Shown one piece after another: positions 29,346 through 39,580 of a stretch of 64,000 nt of DNA. The stretch comes from an uncultured bacterium (GTDB lineage Bacteria > Abyssobacteria > SURF-5): NCBI GenBank assembly GCA_964607485.1, contig CAZSKP010000022.1, positions 9,054 to 73,053 on the forward strand, given 5' to 3'. The position numbers and the translations under genes are program-made. Positions within the stretch are counted from its first letter, which is position 1; each line of letters starts with the position of its first letter. The notes beneath the pieces are model-generated. The model was not told the DNA's origin. It did no database searches and saw only the letters and a list, made by a program, of their open reading frames with translations.

Positions 29346-30929
29346 ATGTGTCGGAGAGGAGTTCGCCGGAAATCTCCAATCGGCTTGTCACGCGCCGGTG
29401 GCATCGGGGTTGACTGTCTCCTGCCGCTGGCGCTCTTTTGCGCCCAGTTCGCGTTTTTCCTCTTCCTCGCTTTTCACCGAATTGTGGACAGCGACGAAGG
29501 GTTTTACCTTTACGCCTCGAAGCTTCTCGGCGCCCACGGAACGCTCATATACCGGGACATCTTCTATCCGCAGATGCCGCTTCTGCCCTTCATCTACGGC
29601 GGCTGGATGAAGCTGTTCGGGTTCAACTGGTACAGCGGCAGAGCGCTTTCCGCTTTGCTGACCGCGCTGACGGGTACCGTCCTGTTCCTGCACGTTCGCG
29701 CCTCAACGGGTCGCCTCCTCCTGGCCACCATCGGCCTCCTGCTTTACGCATTCAGTCTTTCCGTGCTGCTGTTCTTTCTTACGGCAAAAACCTACACGTT
29801 ATCGACCGGACTCCTTTTCGCGGGCGTGATCGTCGGAACGGACGCGAGAGACCGATTCCCCCGCATGGCGGCATTGGCCTCGGGTCTGCTTCTGGGGGCC
29901 AGCGTGCAAGTGCGGCTCTTCTTTGTCGTCGCCGCGCCGGTGATGCTGCTTTATTTTTGGAAGCGCCGAGAGGACAGACCTCACAGGCTGCCGTGGCTGT
30001 TCTGCGCGGGATTCGTCGCCGGTTCGATACCGTCGCTTGTCTTCCTGGCCACCGTTCCGAGGCAATTCATATTCGGAACGCTCATCTATCATTCTGTCCG
30101 GAATCCCTTCGGCCTGATCGCGCAGTTTGACCAGAAGCTCGGTGTGGCGGCACAGCTTTTCCTTGGAGCGACCCTCCGGCGGCCGACCCAGTTCGCGATT
30201 CTCTTCGCAGGGGTTCCGCTGGGGCTGTTGTGCTGGAGGAAACTGAATGACGCGAGCAGGATGTGCATCATTGTGTCCGTCGCGCTTGGGACAGTATCGT
30301 TTCTGCCGACTCCGGCGTTCATCCAATATTTTTGCGTGCTGACTCCGTTTCTGATAGTCTCATTTGTCGGGGTCGCCGACGCGACTATCCGCTCATTCCA
30401 TGGTCAATCGGCTCAAAGAACGGCTGCGGCCGCACTGCTGCTCTTCTCTTTGGTTTACGCGGCCTGGGCGACGACAAGGATCGACGGCCTCTTCATCCGG
30501 GCAAACATGGCGCCCGGGGCCGAGCCGGGCACGGGGCCGTTTGACTGGAAGATATCGACCATAGAGAAGGTCGCCGCGCTGGTGGAAAAGAACACCAACC
30601 CGGACGGGCTGGTGGTCAGTTTCTGGCCCGGCTATCTGCTCACCGCGAACCGGCGGGCTTACCCCGGCACGGAGAATCATTTCGCCCGCGACAGCTCGAT
30701 GAGAATCTCGCCGGAGGAATGCGAGCAGTACAAGATGCTGCGCAACGACAGGCTCGATGACGCCATCGCCGACCCGGCCACCGAGGCGGTAGTACTCGGG
30801 AACTGGTCGCATAATGTGAAGGCGTTATTCGTGGGCGTGCTTGAAGCCAACGACTACAAGTCGGTCGGACGTATCGGGAATACGGACGTGTTTGCGCGGA
30901 GCAGGGAGAAAGATAGCACCAGTGGCTGA
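29346..30929 (+). CDS. GT-C (ArnT/PMT-like) membrane glycosyltransferase (start uncertain)
   Basis: DSDEGFY..IYRDIFYPQMPLLP after TM1; many TMs. Confidence 0.7.
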   Translation: MCRRGVRRKSPIGLSRAGGIGVDCLLPLALFCAQFAFFLFLAFHRIVDSDEGFYLYASKLLGAHGTLIYRDIFYPQMPLLPFIYGGWMKLFGFNWYSGRALSALLTALTGTVLFLHVRASTGRLLLATIGLLLYAFSLSVLLFFLTAKTYTLSTGLLFAGVIVGTDARDRFPRMAALASGLLLGASVQVRLFFVVAAPVMLLYFWKRREDRPHRLPWLFCAGFVAGSIPSLVFLATVPRQFIFGTLIYHSVRNPFGLIAQFDQKLGVAAQLFLGATLRRPTQFAILFAGVPLGLLCWRKLNDASRMCIIVSVALGTVSFLPTPAFIQYFCVLTPFLIVSFVGVADATIRSFHGQSAQRTAAAALLLFSLVYAAWATTRIDGLFIRANMAPGAEPGTGPFDWKISTIEKVAALVEKNTNPDGLVVSFWPGYLLTANRRAYPGTENHFARDSSMRISPEECEQYKMLRNDRLDDAIADPATEAVVLGNWSHNVKALFVGVLEANDYKSVGRIGNTDVFARSREKDSTSG

Positions 30930-32865
30930 CGTCGCGATCATAAGAATAGTGGGCAGTTTCCTTCTCATAGTTTTCTCCTTCGTGCTGCCGTATTTTCTGC
31001 TCGCTCGGTGGAAGAGGCTTTCCGCGCAAGAAGCCCTCGTGACTTCCTTCGGGGCGTCTTCCCTGCTTTTCGGCGCCACCGCATTCTTTACGCATGTGAC
31101 CGGTCTCAATCAGCAGGCAGCGCACTGGGTTGTGCTCGTTGCGCTGACCCTGCTGGCTGTGCCCGGTCTTCGGCAAGGATTCCGAAGGCTCAAACGAGAG
31201 GCGAGCTTCCCGCTATGGGCTTTCTTTTCGGCGCTACTGCTTCTCATAATGACGCTCCATGCGGTTTTCCCCGTCTATATAGGCGGCTTCTGGTATTTCG
31301 ACTGGTGGCAGCATTACGACCTCTCGCGGCTGTACATGGGCAAGGTTCCTCACGATTATCTCTGGCTGGGAATCTACAATTTCGCCTCTCGGACGCCGTT
31401 GATGAATCTGAACGCCGCGTTCTTCCTCGCCATCCTCGGCGACAATTATTCGATATTCCAGATTGTCGCCTCGATTCTCAACTCGACTTTTCTCCTGCCC
31501 GCCTATCTCCTTTGCAGGAGAATATCGGGCAAGAGAGTAGCCGCGATGGTGACCGCTCTGCTCTTCCTCTCGCCCTCTATCGTTCACAATACGTGGTATC
31601 CCTGGCCGAAGATGTTCGCGGCCTACTTCGTGCTGCTGGCCGCCTACTTCTATCTCAAGCAGAGGCGGGAAGGCTACATCCCGGACAATACCGCGTGCAT
31701 CCTGGTGTTCGCGCTGGTGTGGGCGGGTTTTCTGGCCCATCAGTCGTCGCTTTTTTCTTCCGTCGTGATTCTTCTCGACATGTTTCTTCGGGCGCTGAGG
31801 AGAGAACCAAGAAGGTTCCTACTTTTGGGGGTGACGTGCGTCCTGTGCTTCATTGTCATCAACGGCGCATGGTTCGCCTGGGCCACGAGTTATTTCGGGG
31901 TGAAGCGCAGCTTTCTATCTTACTACGAGAGGCCGGCCACAGTCGGCGGATTGTCGGGATATCTCATTCTGTTCACCTATCACACACTTGCCACAATCTG
32001 CTCGCCGCTCTTCCTGTATGACTTCGCCGGAAAGACGTTTGACGTATTGAATTTCTTCGAGAATCTGCAGGTTCTGTATTACAATTCTTTCGTCGGGTTC
32101 AGTACCGTCACCGTATTCATCGTCGCGCTCGTGGTTCTGGTCAAACGGGTGGCCGCTAAGGGTGATAAGCCCGGCTACGCCCGATACGCGCTTGGGATTC
32201 AGGTGCGAAGCATTCTGTTGGCTGCGGGGATATGGTGTCTCGCGGTCGCCGCGATGGTCTTCCTGGTTCCCGGCTTCGGCGACGCGCTTTTTTCTCATTC
32301 ATTCCATCATCCCCAGTTCGCCCGAAAGATGTTCGGCGCCCTCTTCCTCGCCGGGGCAGTCGGGGCAAGCGTAGCCGCGGCCTTCCTTTGGCTGTTCGCG
32401 CGAAGGAGCACACAGGCGCGAACGGAATCGGCGCGGGATTTCGACGGCTGGCTCCTTTTCTGGATGGCGGTTGTCGGGTACGCGGGCGGGATAGCGACGC
32501 ATCATGAGCTCTACATTCATGGGATGGTCAGTGCCGGCTGCGCCACGTCGGTTCTGCTCACGGCGCTGCTTCTGGCGCGCGTTTGCTCGGATGTGTCACG
32601 GGTCACGAGATTGTTTCTCGCGGTCCCGATTTTCTTTGAAAGTTTCCTGATCACATGGCTTCCTCTTCTCATCATCAAGTATGACTGGGGATGGGCAGGC
32701 GAGAAGAACTGGCAGTTGAAGGAACAGAACTCGTTGGTCCTGATGGCCGACCTTTTTTCGCACGCATGGTGGGCGCTGATGGCGGCGGGGCTGGCGGTTC
32801 AGGCGGCGATGCTGATTTTTTGGGTAACCGCGAGCGGGGAGGAACGGCATGAGCGCGGCTCCTGA
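30922..32865 (+). CDS. Polytopic membrane protein, probable GT-C glycosyltransferase
   Basis: Many TMs, a YFDWWQHY..RTP loop and YPWPK; flanked by GT-C genes with overlapping stops and starts. Confidence 0.55.
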   Translation: MADVAIIRIVGSFLLIVFSFVLPYFLLARWKRLSAQEALVTSFGASSLLFGATAFFTHVTGLNQQAAHWVVLVALTLLAVPGLRQGFRRLKREASFPLWAFFSALLLLIMTLHAVFPVYIGGFWYFDWWQHYDLSRLYMGKVPHDYLWLGIYNFASRTPLMNLNAAFFLAILGDNYSIFQIVASILNSTFLLPAYLLCRRISGKRVAAMVTALLFLSPSIVHNTWYPWPKMFAAYFVLLAAYFYLKQRREGYIPDNTACILVFALVWAGFLAHQSSLFSSVVILLDMFLRALRREPRRFLLLGVTCVLCFIVINGAWFAWATSYFGVKRSFLSYYERPATVGGLSGYLILFTYHTLATICSPLFLYDFAGKTFDVLNFFENLQVLYYNSFVGFSTVTVFIVALVVLVKRVAAKGDKPGYARYALGIQVRSILLAAGIWCLAVAAMVFLVPGFGDALFSHSFHHPQFARKMFGALFLAGAVGASVAAAFLWLFARRSTQARTESARDFDGWLLFWMAVVGYAGGIATHHELYIHGMVSAGCATSVLLTALLLARVCSDVSRVTRLFLAVPIFFESFLITWLPLLIIKYDWGWAGEKNWQLKEQNSLVLMADLFSHAWWALMAAGLAVQAAMLIFWVTASGEERHERGS

Positions 32866-34471
32866 GCAAGAACACGAATCGCCTGAACAGAACGAGAAAA
32901 CTCCTGCTTATCAAGGCGCGAACGGGAGGACGGGCGGAGCATCCCTTGTCGCTGCCCTTTTCCTATTCATCTTCGCTTTCTTTTTCTTCATCGCGCTGAG
33001 AAGACCTGCCGACGTGGATGAAGGCTTCTTCCTGGTGATGGGGAAATCGATCTTCGTTTACGGTCGAACGATCTACCTTGATTTCTTCTCTCCGCAGATG
33101 CCGCTGCTGCCTTACGTGTATGGCGGCATCATGAGCGTGTTCGGCTACAAGTGGGTGGTCGCGAGGGCCGTTTGCGCGCTTTTGGCATCCGCCGTCGGCG
33201 CGATGTTGTGCAAGTATGCATACGACAGGACTCGCAGTTGGGTTTTCGCGGTGTCGGTCGCGGTTATATTCTGTTTTTCTCCGTTCATGTTCATATGGCT
33301 GAGCTGCGCGCGAGTTTCCGCGCTGGTCATATTCTTTCTGGTCAGTTCGGTCATTCTGCTCCCGCCCATAGCGGCGCGCTCTTCCGCCTGGCGCTATGCG
33401 TTGTCCGGCTTTCTTGTGGGGCTGGCGGTGGATACCCGCCTCTTCATGCTCGCCGCCGTGCCTGCTCTCGCGTTCCATGTGAGCCGCGTCGAGAAACAGC
33501 ATGTGCGCCGGGCAGTCTTATATTTTCTCGGCGGTACTGCGCTTGCGCTGGCGGTCAACCTCCCGCTGTTCATCGCGAGCCCGGCGACATACCTGTGGGA
33601 CATAATCGGCGTCCATGCGATGAAAACGCCAAATGGACTGATAGGAAACTTCAACCAGAAGCTCGACCTCCTGCTCCAGCTTCTCTTCGCCTATCCCGCG
33701 CTCAGGCCGACGCTCTACCTCGGCTATGTGGTCGTCTTCGTTGCGTATATGGCGCACCAGATTACTCGCCGCATCCCGCTGTCGGAATGGAACCCGGCCT
33801 TCCATGCGGCCTGCGCAATCTTTCTCGTCTCGCTGCTTCCGACGCCGACGTTCGGCCGCTATTTCGCCGTGCCGGTTCCCTTCTTCATGATGTTGGGAAT
33901 CGACCTCGCTCAGTCCGCGCTGGACAAGATGGGGGCAGACTACGCGAGAAAGGCGGCGATAGGCGTCATAGCGGCAGGGGCAATTCTGTTCGCGTGTCTG
34001 TCGCTCGGCAAGATCGATTTCTACATATTCAAGGGAAACAACCTCGAGGGCTCGATGCAGACCGAGGGCGGCAAAGAAGACTGGTATCTGAAGAACGTCA
34101 AGAGGGTCTCCCGGGAAATAGACAGGCTCGTCGCGCCCGACGCCGACGTGCTGAGCCTTTGGCCCGGCTATCTGCTTGAATCGAGAGTGAGGATTCTGCA
34201 GAGAACCGAGAACGTCACGATGCTGGAGCTTGAGGACAAGGTCTCCGACAGAATGCTCGCGCTTTCGCAGACAATCGCCGACGCGGAAATCCGACAGGGC
34301 ATCCGCGCCAAGGAATTCGACCTGTTCATATACGGCAATTCCATCGCCCCTCATGCCCCGGAGTATAAAGCTTTGCTCACTCAGAACGGATACACCGTTG
34401 CCGAGAAGGTCGGCGGCATATCGCTCTTCTTGTCACCCGAATATGAGCGCCGCTCTCCCGAGGGCTCATAG
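32849..34471 (+). CDS. GT-C (ArnT/PMT-like) membrane glycosyltransferase
   Basis: DVDEGFF..IYLDFFSPQMPLLP, LPTPTF and WPGYLL shared with 29346..30929. Confidence 0.7.
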   Translation: MSAAPEQEHESPEQNEKTPAYQGANGRTGGASLVAALFLFIFAFFFFIALRRPADVDEGFFLVMGKSIFVYGRTIYLDFFSPQMPLLPYVYGGIMSVFGYKWVVARAVCALLASAVGAMLCKYAYDRTRSWVFAVSVAVIFCFSPFMFIWLSCARVSALVIFFLVSSVILLPPIAARSSAWRYALSGFLVGLAVDTRLFMLAAVPALAFHVSRVEKQHVRRAVLYFLGGTALALAVNLPLFIASPATYLWDIIGVHAMKTPNGLIGNFNQKLDLLLQLLFAYPALRPTLYLGYVVVFVAYMAHQITRRIPLSEWNPAFHAACAIFLVSLLPTPTFGRYFAVPVPFFMMLGIDLAQSALDKMGADYARKAAIGVIAAGAILFACLSLGKIDFYIFKGNNLEGSMQTEGGKEDWYLKNVKRVSREIDRLVAPDADVLSLWPGYLLESRVRILQRTENVTMLELEDKVSDRMLALSQTIADAEIRQGIRAKEFDLFIYGNSIAPHAPEYKALLTQNGYTVAEKVGGISLFLSPEYERRSPEGS

Positions 34472-34482
34472 GGGGAGGCAGG

Positions 34483-34764
34483 ATGCAGATGTACTCCGAA
34501 AAGGTCGAGGTCGAGTGTGAGGGCGAGCCCGCGAGGCCAGTCTCATTCACCTGGCGCGATGAAGAATTCCGGATTGAAAAGATATTGAGAAGCTGGCAGG
34601 ACTGGGGCTTTCCGCCCGGGTCGCCCCGTCGCAAGAGCTGGCGGTTGCGCCGCCATCGCACCTATTTCAAGGTACGCACCGACAAAGGGAGAATATTCGA
34701 GCTTTATATGGACCGGAAGACCCCGGAGCTCACGTGGGTGCTCTATCGCGAGCTCGAGGCTTGA
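34483..34764 (+). CDS. DUF6504-like small protein
   Basis: PVSFTWR..IEKILRSW..W..YFKVRT..FELY..W pattern; GGAGG SD. Confidence 0.7.
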   Translation: MQMYSEKVEVECEGEPARPVSFTWRDEEFRIEKILRSWQDWGFPPGSPRRKSWRLRRHRTYFKVRTDKGRIFELYMDRKTPELTWVLYRELEA

Positions 34765-34794
34765 TGACTTGAGCGTTCCGCTGGACGCGCCCGC

Positions 34795-35052
34795 TCACCA
34801 CGTCCGACGATACTTGCCTCCGCCCTCGTTTATGAGCTTGGTGAAGCCGTGCTTCTTCAAATTGCCGTCCGAGAGGACGGACTTGTCGCTGCGCCCGGTT
34901 CTCACAAACGGAGCGCATATGACGCGCTCCACTGCGGCGCCGCAATCGGGACACTTCTCGAGCGGCGCCTCGCTCATGCTCTGCTTCCGCTCGAAGCTGT
35001 CACGGCAAAGCTTGCAGCCACCAGATTTAGCTCTGTACACGTAGATCGGCAC
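34795..35052 (-). CDS. FmdB-family zinc-ribbon protein
   Basis: MPIYVY..CKLC..FE..Q..CPDCG. Confidence 0.85.
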   Translation of the reverse strand: MPIYVYRAKSGGCKLCRDSFERKQSMSEAPLEKCPDCGAAVERVICAPFVRTGRSDKSVLSDGNLKKHGFTKLINEGGGKYRRTW

Positions 35053-35169
35053 TGTCCGCCTCTGCGAGTTTCAGACTGAAGTTCCCCTTACTATTTTCGA
35101 CTATCTCGCGCCTCATGTCAAGTTCGGCGTCGTCACTCTGTTCATGGATGCCAAAATCGGAACGGGACG

Positions 35170-37140
35170 CTAGAAAGAATACAACGTGATGGATTTCACA
35201 TCTATAGTCGTATTGGGGTGGTTGCTCAGCCGTACTGCGATTCGAAGGATAACTGGTTCTCGCATTAGCCAAGCGTTGGCATACAGGGGCACGGTATAGG
35301 TGTGTGGAAATCTGTCGTTCTGCACGGGGAACGCGATGGAATTCTTCTCGTTATACGACACGTCATCCTCACCCACCCAGAACAACTGGCCCGTCAGGGG
35401 GACTTTTCTCGGGTTTTCGGCCCGACAGACGATCTGCACATACTTGACCTCTCTCCTCCCCAGGAAAGGACTCTTCAGGAAGGAGAAATTTCCGGTTGTA
35501 ATGAATCTGTGCGAGCCAGCGGTCCTATCGAAAACCACTGAAAGCTCATGGGCGGGCTCCCACTGGTGAAGGTCGTCGTATTGTGAAAAATCCCACGAGA
35601 ACAAGATATTTCCCCCGGAGCCGGGCGCTCCAGAACCCCGAACGACCGTCTCGAACTGTCGAAAACGTTTCCGCGAAGAATCCCATTCAAAGAAATAATA
35701 ATTCGAAGGGCCTCCTTCCGGTTTGACGTCCTCGACAGACTTCACATAGGGAGCTGCCCATTCGAGGGCGGGATAGTGTTCATACCCATCCCCCCCGCCG
35801 AGCAGGGAAAAACATTCTGACAGACCGGTAAAGAAAACTCCCACTCTCCCGAGCAACTCCGGAACCCGAAAGAAGTTGGCTTTCGCGGGCGTCTTGAGAA
35901 GAGGCTTCACATCGCTCTGGAAGCTTGCCTGGATTTCCTTCGAGCTCCGCCACGCCTCGGTCCAATAGTGGCCATGATAAATCGTGTTGACAGAGTAGAG
36001 CGCCACCGCCGCACAGGGCAGCAACGCGGTGAGCCTCTTCCGTCGAAGAAACTTCGGCGGAAGCGAAAGCATCTGTCCAAGCATCAGGCAGAAACCGACA
36101 GAAGGCAAATAGCTGAATCTGTTGGTTACCAGGTCGCCCAACGCGTATTTCTCGATCATAACGAGCGCGGGGGCCGCCGTCACGAGTACCCACGCCAGCC
36201 CAAAGCTGAGCGCCCTCCTGGACTCTCTTTTCACGCAGAAGCACAGTATCGATAAAACGAGAAACAGGTCTATGAGAAGAGGCAGCCAGGCTGAAATCGA
36301 ATGGATTGAATAGTTGGGGTATATGAGGCTTCCGAGCACGGTCGTATAGTTCTTCAACACGTTCACATTGACGAGGGAAAGAATGTCCGGTGTCTCGACC
36401 CTGTAGCGATAAAGGACTTGGATTCTCAGCAACGTGTAGCAGAATTGCAGAACGAAATAAGGAAGGCTTATCATCGCCGCTGAAAGTATGCGCCTCTTGT
36501 TGAATCCACGTTTCCAAAACCATACTAATGACAGTCCCAGAACAATTACGGGCAGCGTCGCCGCCATCTCTTTTGAAAATATCGACAGGATGGCAAACAC
36601 GAGAGAGCCGAGATAAAACGGGAGCCGTCTTGACTCAAGGAACGAGACCAAAAGCAATATGGAAAGAAGGAAAAACAGGGTGCAGACGACGTCGAAAATG
36701 CCCGATACCCATTGCACGGCTTGAATGTGGCCGGTAAAGACCGAGAAGATGCAGGCGCTTATGAAGGCGACATTTTCCTGAAAAACTTTCTTGAGCAGGA
36801 AGAAGACCAATACGCAGTTGATGATGTGCAGGGATAGCGTCGCCACATGATAATAAACCGGCACGAGGCCGACGAGTTTGTACAGGAGCACCCACATCAA
36901 CACCGGGACTGGCCTATAGAAGAATGTGGAACGTTCGAAGACGCCCAGCGTCATCAGGCTCTTGGCTGAGAAAACAAAGCTGCTGGCGCGTGCATTGAAG
37001 TAGAAATCGTCGCTGAGGAACTGGCCGCAGAACTTGTCGGAGAAAACTGCGAGGCTGGCGAGAACTATCAACAGAACCTGTACCGGCACTCTCTTTTGCG
37101 TCGGCGCCGGTGCATGGGACTTCTCATTATCAGAATGCAA
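35170..37140 (-). CDS. GT-C (PMT/TMTC-like) membrane glycosyltransferase with a C-terminal soluble domain
   Basis: FLSDDF, FYRPV, SKEMA and RFSYLPS motifs. Confidence 0.75.
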   Translation of the reverse strand: MHSDNEKSHAPAPTQKRVPVQVLLIVLASLAVFSDKFCGQFLSDDFYFNARASSFVFSAKSLMTLGVFERSTFFYRPVPVLMWVLLYKLVGLVPVYYHVATLSLHIINCVLVFFLLKKVFQENVAFISACIFSVFTGHIQAVQWVSGIFDVVCTLFFLLSILLLVSFLESRRLPFYLGSLVFAILSIFSKEMAATLPVIVLGLSLVWFWKRGFNKRRILSAAMISLPYFVLQFCYTLLRIQVLYRYRVETPDILSLVNVNVLKNYTTVLGSLIYPNYSIHSISAWLPLLIDLFLVLSILCFCVKRESRRALSFGLAWVLVTAAPALVMIEKYALGDLVTNRFSYLPSVGFCLMLGQMLSLPPKFLRRKRLTALLPCAAVALYSVNTIYHGHYWTEAWRSSKEIQASFQSDVKPLLKTPAKANFFRVPELLGRVGVFFTGLSECFSLLGGGDGYEHYPALEWAAPYVKSVEDVKPEGGPSNYYFFEWDSSRKRFRQFETVVRGSGAPGSGGNILFSWDFSQYDDLHQWEPAHELSVVFDRTAGSHRFITTGNFSFLKSPFLGRREVKYVQIVCRAENPRKVPLTGQLFWVGEDDVSYNEKNSIAFPVQNDRFPHTYTVPLYANAWLMREPVILRIAVRLSNHPNTTIDVKSITLYSF

Positions 37141-37297
37141 ATATGCGGTCTCCCGCCGTGGAAGTTCTTAGAAAAAATAGGAAGGCATAGCTGGAAAGCA
37201 GAACCTCGATTTTCCCCACCACATACGAGACCCAGGATTTCAGGAGCTTCCTGTCGGCTTCATGAGGTCCGTTTTTTCACGGATGCCGGAGGCGATG

Positions 37298-38107
37298 TCA
37301 CTTGTCGGCGAACGGAGCCAGTAGGTCGTTTTCCGCGATGTAGCTCAGGCTTTCGCCAAACTTTTCGCAGGTCATCTCAATCGTGAATTGGGGTCTGATG
37401 TCTCGTGCCGCCAGCTCTCGGAACGCTCTTCGGAAATCCACCGTTCCCTTTCCCAGCGCCAGATGCTCGTCCTCGGCTCCCATGTTATCATTCAGGTGCA
37501 CTTCGGCAATGTCGGCCCCGAGTTCGTTCAGCCAGTCGCTCAGGGACGTTTTCGAATACACATTGAAATGGCCGATATCGAAGCAGAACTTTACAGAGTC
37601 CGATGCCAGGCCTTCTTTGAGCACAACGATGTGCTTTGGCGAAGAAATGAACATGTTTTCGAGCCTTATCGTTATCGGGAGCTGCTCCGCCAATTCCACT
37701 ATCGGCTTCCACGTGCGCACACTGCTTTCGAGCCACTTGTCGAGCGCGCTCTCCGGCAGCAGCGGATTTACTCCCTCATGAAGCACGAGGCTCTTCGCTC
37801 CAAGCGCGCGGCAGACAGCAAGTGTCTTGAAGTAGCAGTGCCGGGTATAATCGCGAACGACCACGTCGAGGCTGCCGGGGTTGAGGTCGTGGACGGGTCC
37901 ATGCACCGAAACCTCGATTCCCGCGTCGGACAATAAGCCCGCCACCTCGGCTATCTCCTCAGCCGGGTAATCGCAGATCCAATTTGTGTCGTAGAGAACG
38001 ATCTCGGCGCCGAGACCGTTGCGACGGAGAAAGCCGACCTTGCGGCGCACCATCCTCAGCGGAATCGTCGCAGAAATCTTTATCCCACTGCGGCGCAAAA
38101 GCTTCAC
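37298..38107 (-). CDS. Sugar-phosphate isomerase/epimerase (AP endonuclease 2 TIM-barrel) family; start uncertain
   Basis: SVHGP..DLN, VLH, LEN, FDIGH, HLNDN..DEHL..G.G motifs. Confidence 0.85.
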   Translation of the reverse strand: MKLLRRSGIKISATIPLRMVRRKVGFLRRNGLGAEIVLYDTNWICDYPAEEIAEVAGLLSDAGIEVSVHGPVHDLNPGSLDVVVRDYTRHCYFKTLAVCRALGAKSLVLHEGVNPLLPESALDKWLESSVRTWKPIVELAEQLPITIRLENMFISSPKHIVVLKEGLASDSVKFCFDIGHFNVYSKTSLSDWLNELGADIAEVHLNDNMGAEDEHLALGKGTVDFRRAFRELAARDIRPQFTIEMTCEKFGESLSYIAENDLLAPFADK

Positions 38108-38271
38108 CGAACGGAGTTGTTTCGGCTCTCTCGGAACAGTCCTTCTTCCAGCCAATCTTCGATTCCTCGCGCGAAAGCCCCGGCAACCACGTGCCCGGGA
38201 ACATGACCACACCCGGCGGAACCATCACGCCTTATAAAACGAGCGGCACGGATTCCGCGCTTATTCCTTCC

Positions 38272-39558
38272 CTATCGAAGCTCGCCCCGCGACACTGTCG
38301 GAGGACAAAATTCGTGATTTTTCATCTCCTGCCCCATCGCCAGGCACGAGATTCGAGCGACGGTGTAGTAGAGGGCGAAGGAGCAATGGCCGTCGTAGCA
38401 GGCCAAGACCTCGTCGATGTCGTCTTCCGCCAGACACAATTTGGCGAATCGAGCGCCGGGCGCGTTGAGGGATTCGGCTTCCGACCTGCTTTCGCCGTAC
38501 CGGAAAAAGCCTCCGAGCACCTGGTCGCCCACCATGTATATGACGGGCTCGCCCGGGTGCTCGTTGAAGTAGTCGGCGGTGGGAATGCATTCCTGAATGA
38601 TGACCGCATGGATGCCCGAGCCGCTCTTGCCGCGTGACATCTTGTTCCTCTGGCTCCTGTTGAGGTTCAGCACTTCCTCTCCCGATTGCACGACGATTAT
38701 GCCCATCCCGTAAGTGCCGGCGTTGTCCTTGATGAAGGCGAGCGGTTTCCTGTCGATTCCGTATTCGTCATACTTGGCGGCGATGCGGCCCAGCAGATAG
38801 TCCACTTTCTTGGCGACGCGGTCAGTCCCTTTGCCGTTTTTGAAACTGACGTCGGCCTCAAACTCGGTCAGGGGAGACAAGAGCCAGGGATCGACCTCGA
38901 GTATGTCCGCAAACTCCCTTGTCAGCGAATCGTAAATCTGAAAGTGCTCCCATTTCGAGCGGATGTGCCACCCCATCTCCGGCGGGGGCGTCACCGGCTG
39001 GTCGGCGACGGCAAGCTCCTCCGGCCTGCCGTCTGAGAAATCGTTATTGACAAGGATGAGGTCGGGCGTGAAGTCCTTGGAGCGCAGCAGGTTACCGTCC
39101 AGAACAAGCCTATGTATCTGAATCTTCTCTCCTTCGAACGTGTCGAGCTCGGTTACTCCGTCCTTGAATTTCGGGTCGGCCGTGGCGACGAGAACTTTGA
39201 AGCCGGCCCGCTCGACCATCGACCTCAGAGAATGAAGATTTTGCAGATAGTATTTGTTGCGGGTGTGACTTTCCGGGTAGATGACGATGCGCTCGACGTT
39301 GGGGTACGACGCGGCCACAAACTCGCGGAGCAGTTGCGCCCCTTTGTCGAGGAACGAATCGCACAGATTGTTGAAGCCGGCAGGGAATATGTTGGCGTCG
39401 ATGGCCGACATCTTGAAACCGGCGTCCCGCACGTCCACCGACGAATAAATGGGAAAACACACCTTTTCCGCATGCCGCTTTATCCAGGACTCGACAGAGG
39501 AATATCGTTCCGCCAGCTTCTTTTCCAGCCCTTCAACGCTCACAAGTGCTTCTCCCAT
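38272..39558 (-). CDS. gshA: Glutamate--cysteine ligase (ATP-grasp-like GshA type)
   Basis: PIYSSVDVRDAGFK..IDANIFPAGFNNL, PESHTRN..Y, NNDFS, GTYGMGI, EPVIY and ESLNAPG motifs. Confidence 0.88.
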   Translation of the reverse strand: MGEALVSVEGLEKKLAERYSSVESWIKRHAEKVCFPIYSSVDVRDAGFKMSAIDANIFPAGFNNLCDSFLDKGAQLLREFVAASYPNVERIVIYPESHTRNKYYLQNLHSLRSMVERAGFKVLVATADPKFKDGVTELDTFEGEKIQIHRLVLDGNLLRSKDFTPDLILVNNDFSDGRPEELAVADQPVTPPPEMGWHIRSKWEHFQIYDSLTREFADILEVDPWLLSPLTEFEADVSFKNGKGTDRVAKKVDYLLGRIAAKYDEYGIDRKPLAFIKDNAGTYGMGIIVVQSGEEVLNLNRSQRNKMSRGKSGSGIHAVIIQECIPTADYFNEHPGEPVIYMVGDQVLGGFFRYGESRSEAESLNAPGARFAKLCLAEDDIDEVLACYDGHCSFALYYTVARISCLAMGQEMKNHEFCPPTVSRGELR

Positions 39559-39580
39559 TCGATTCCGCGATACACATCGG

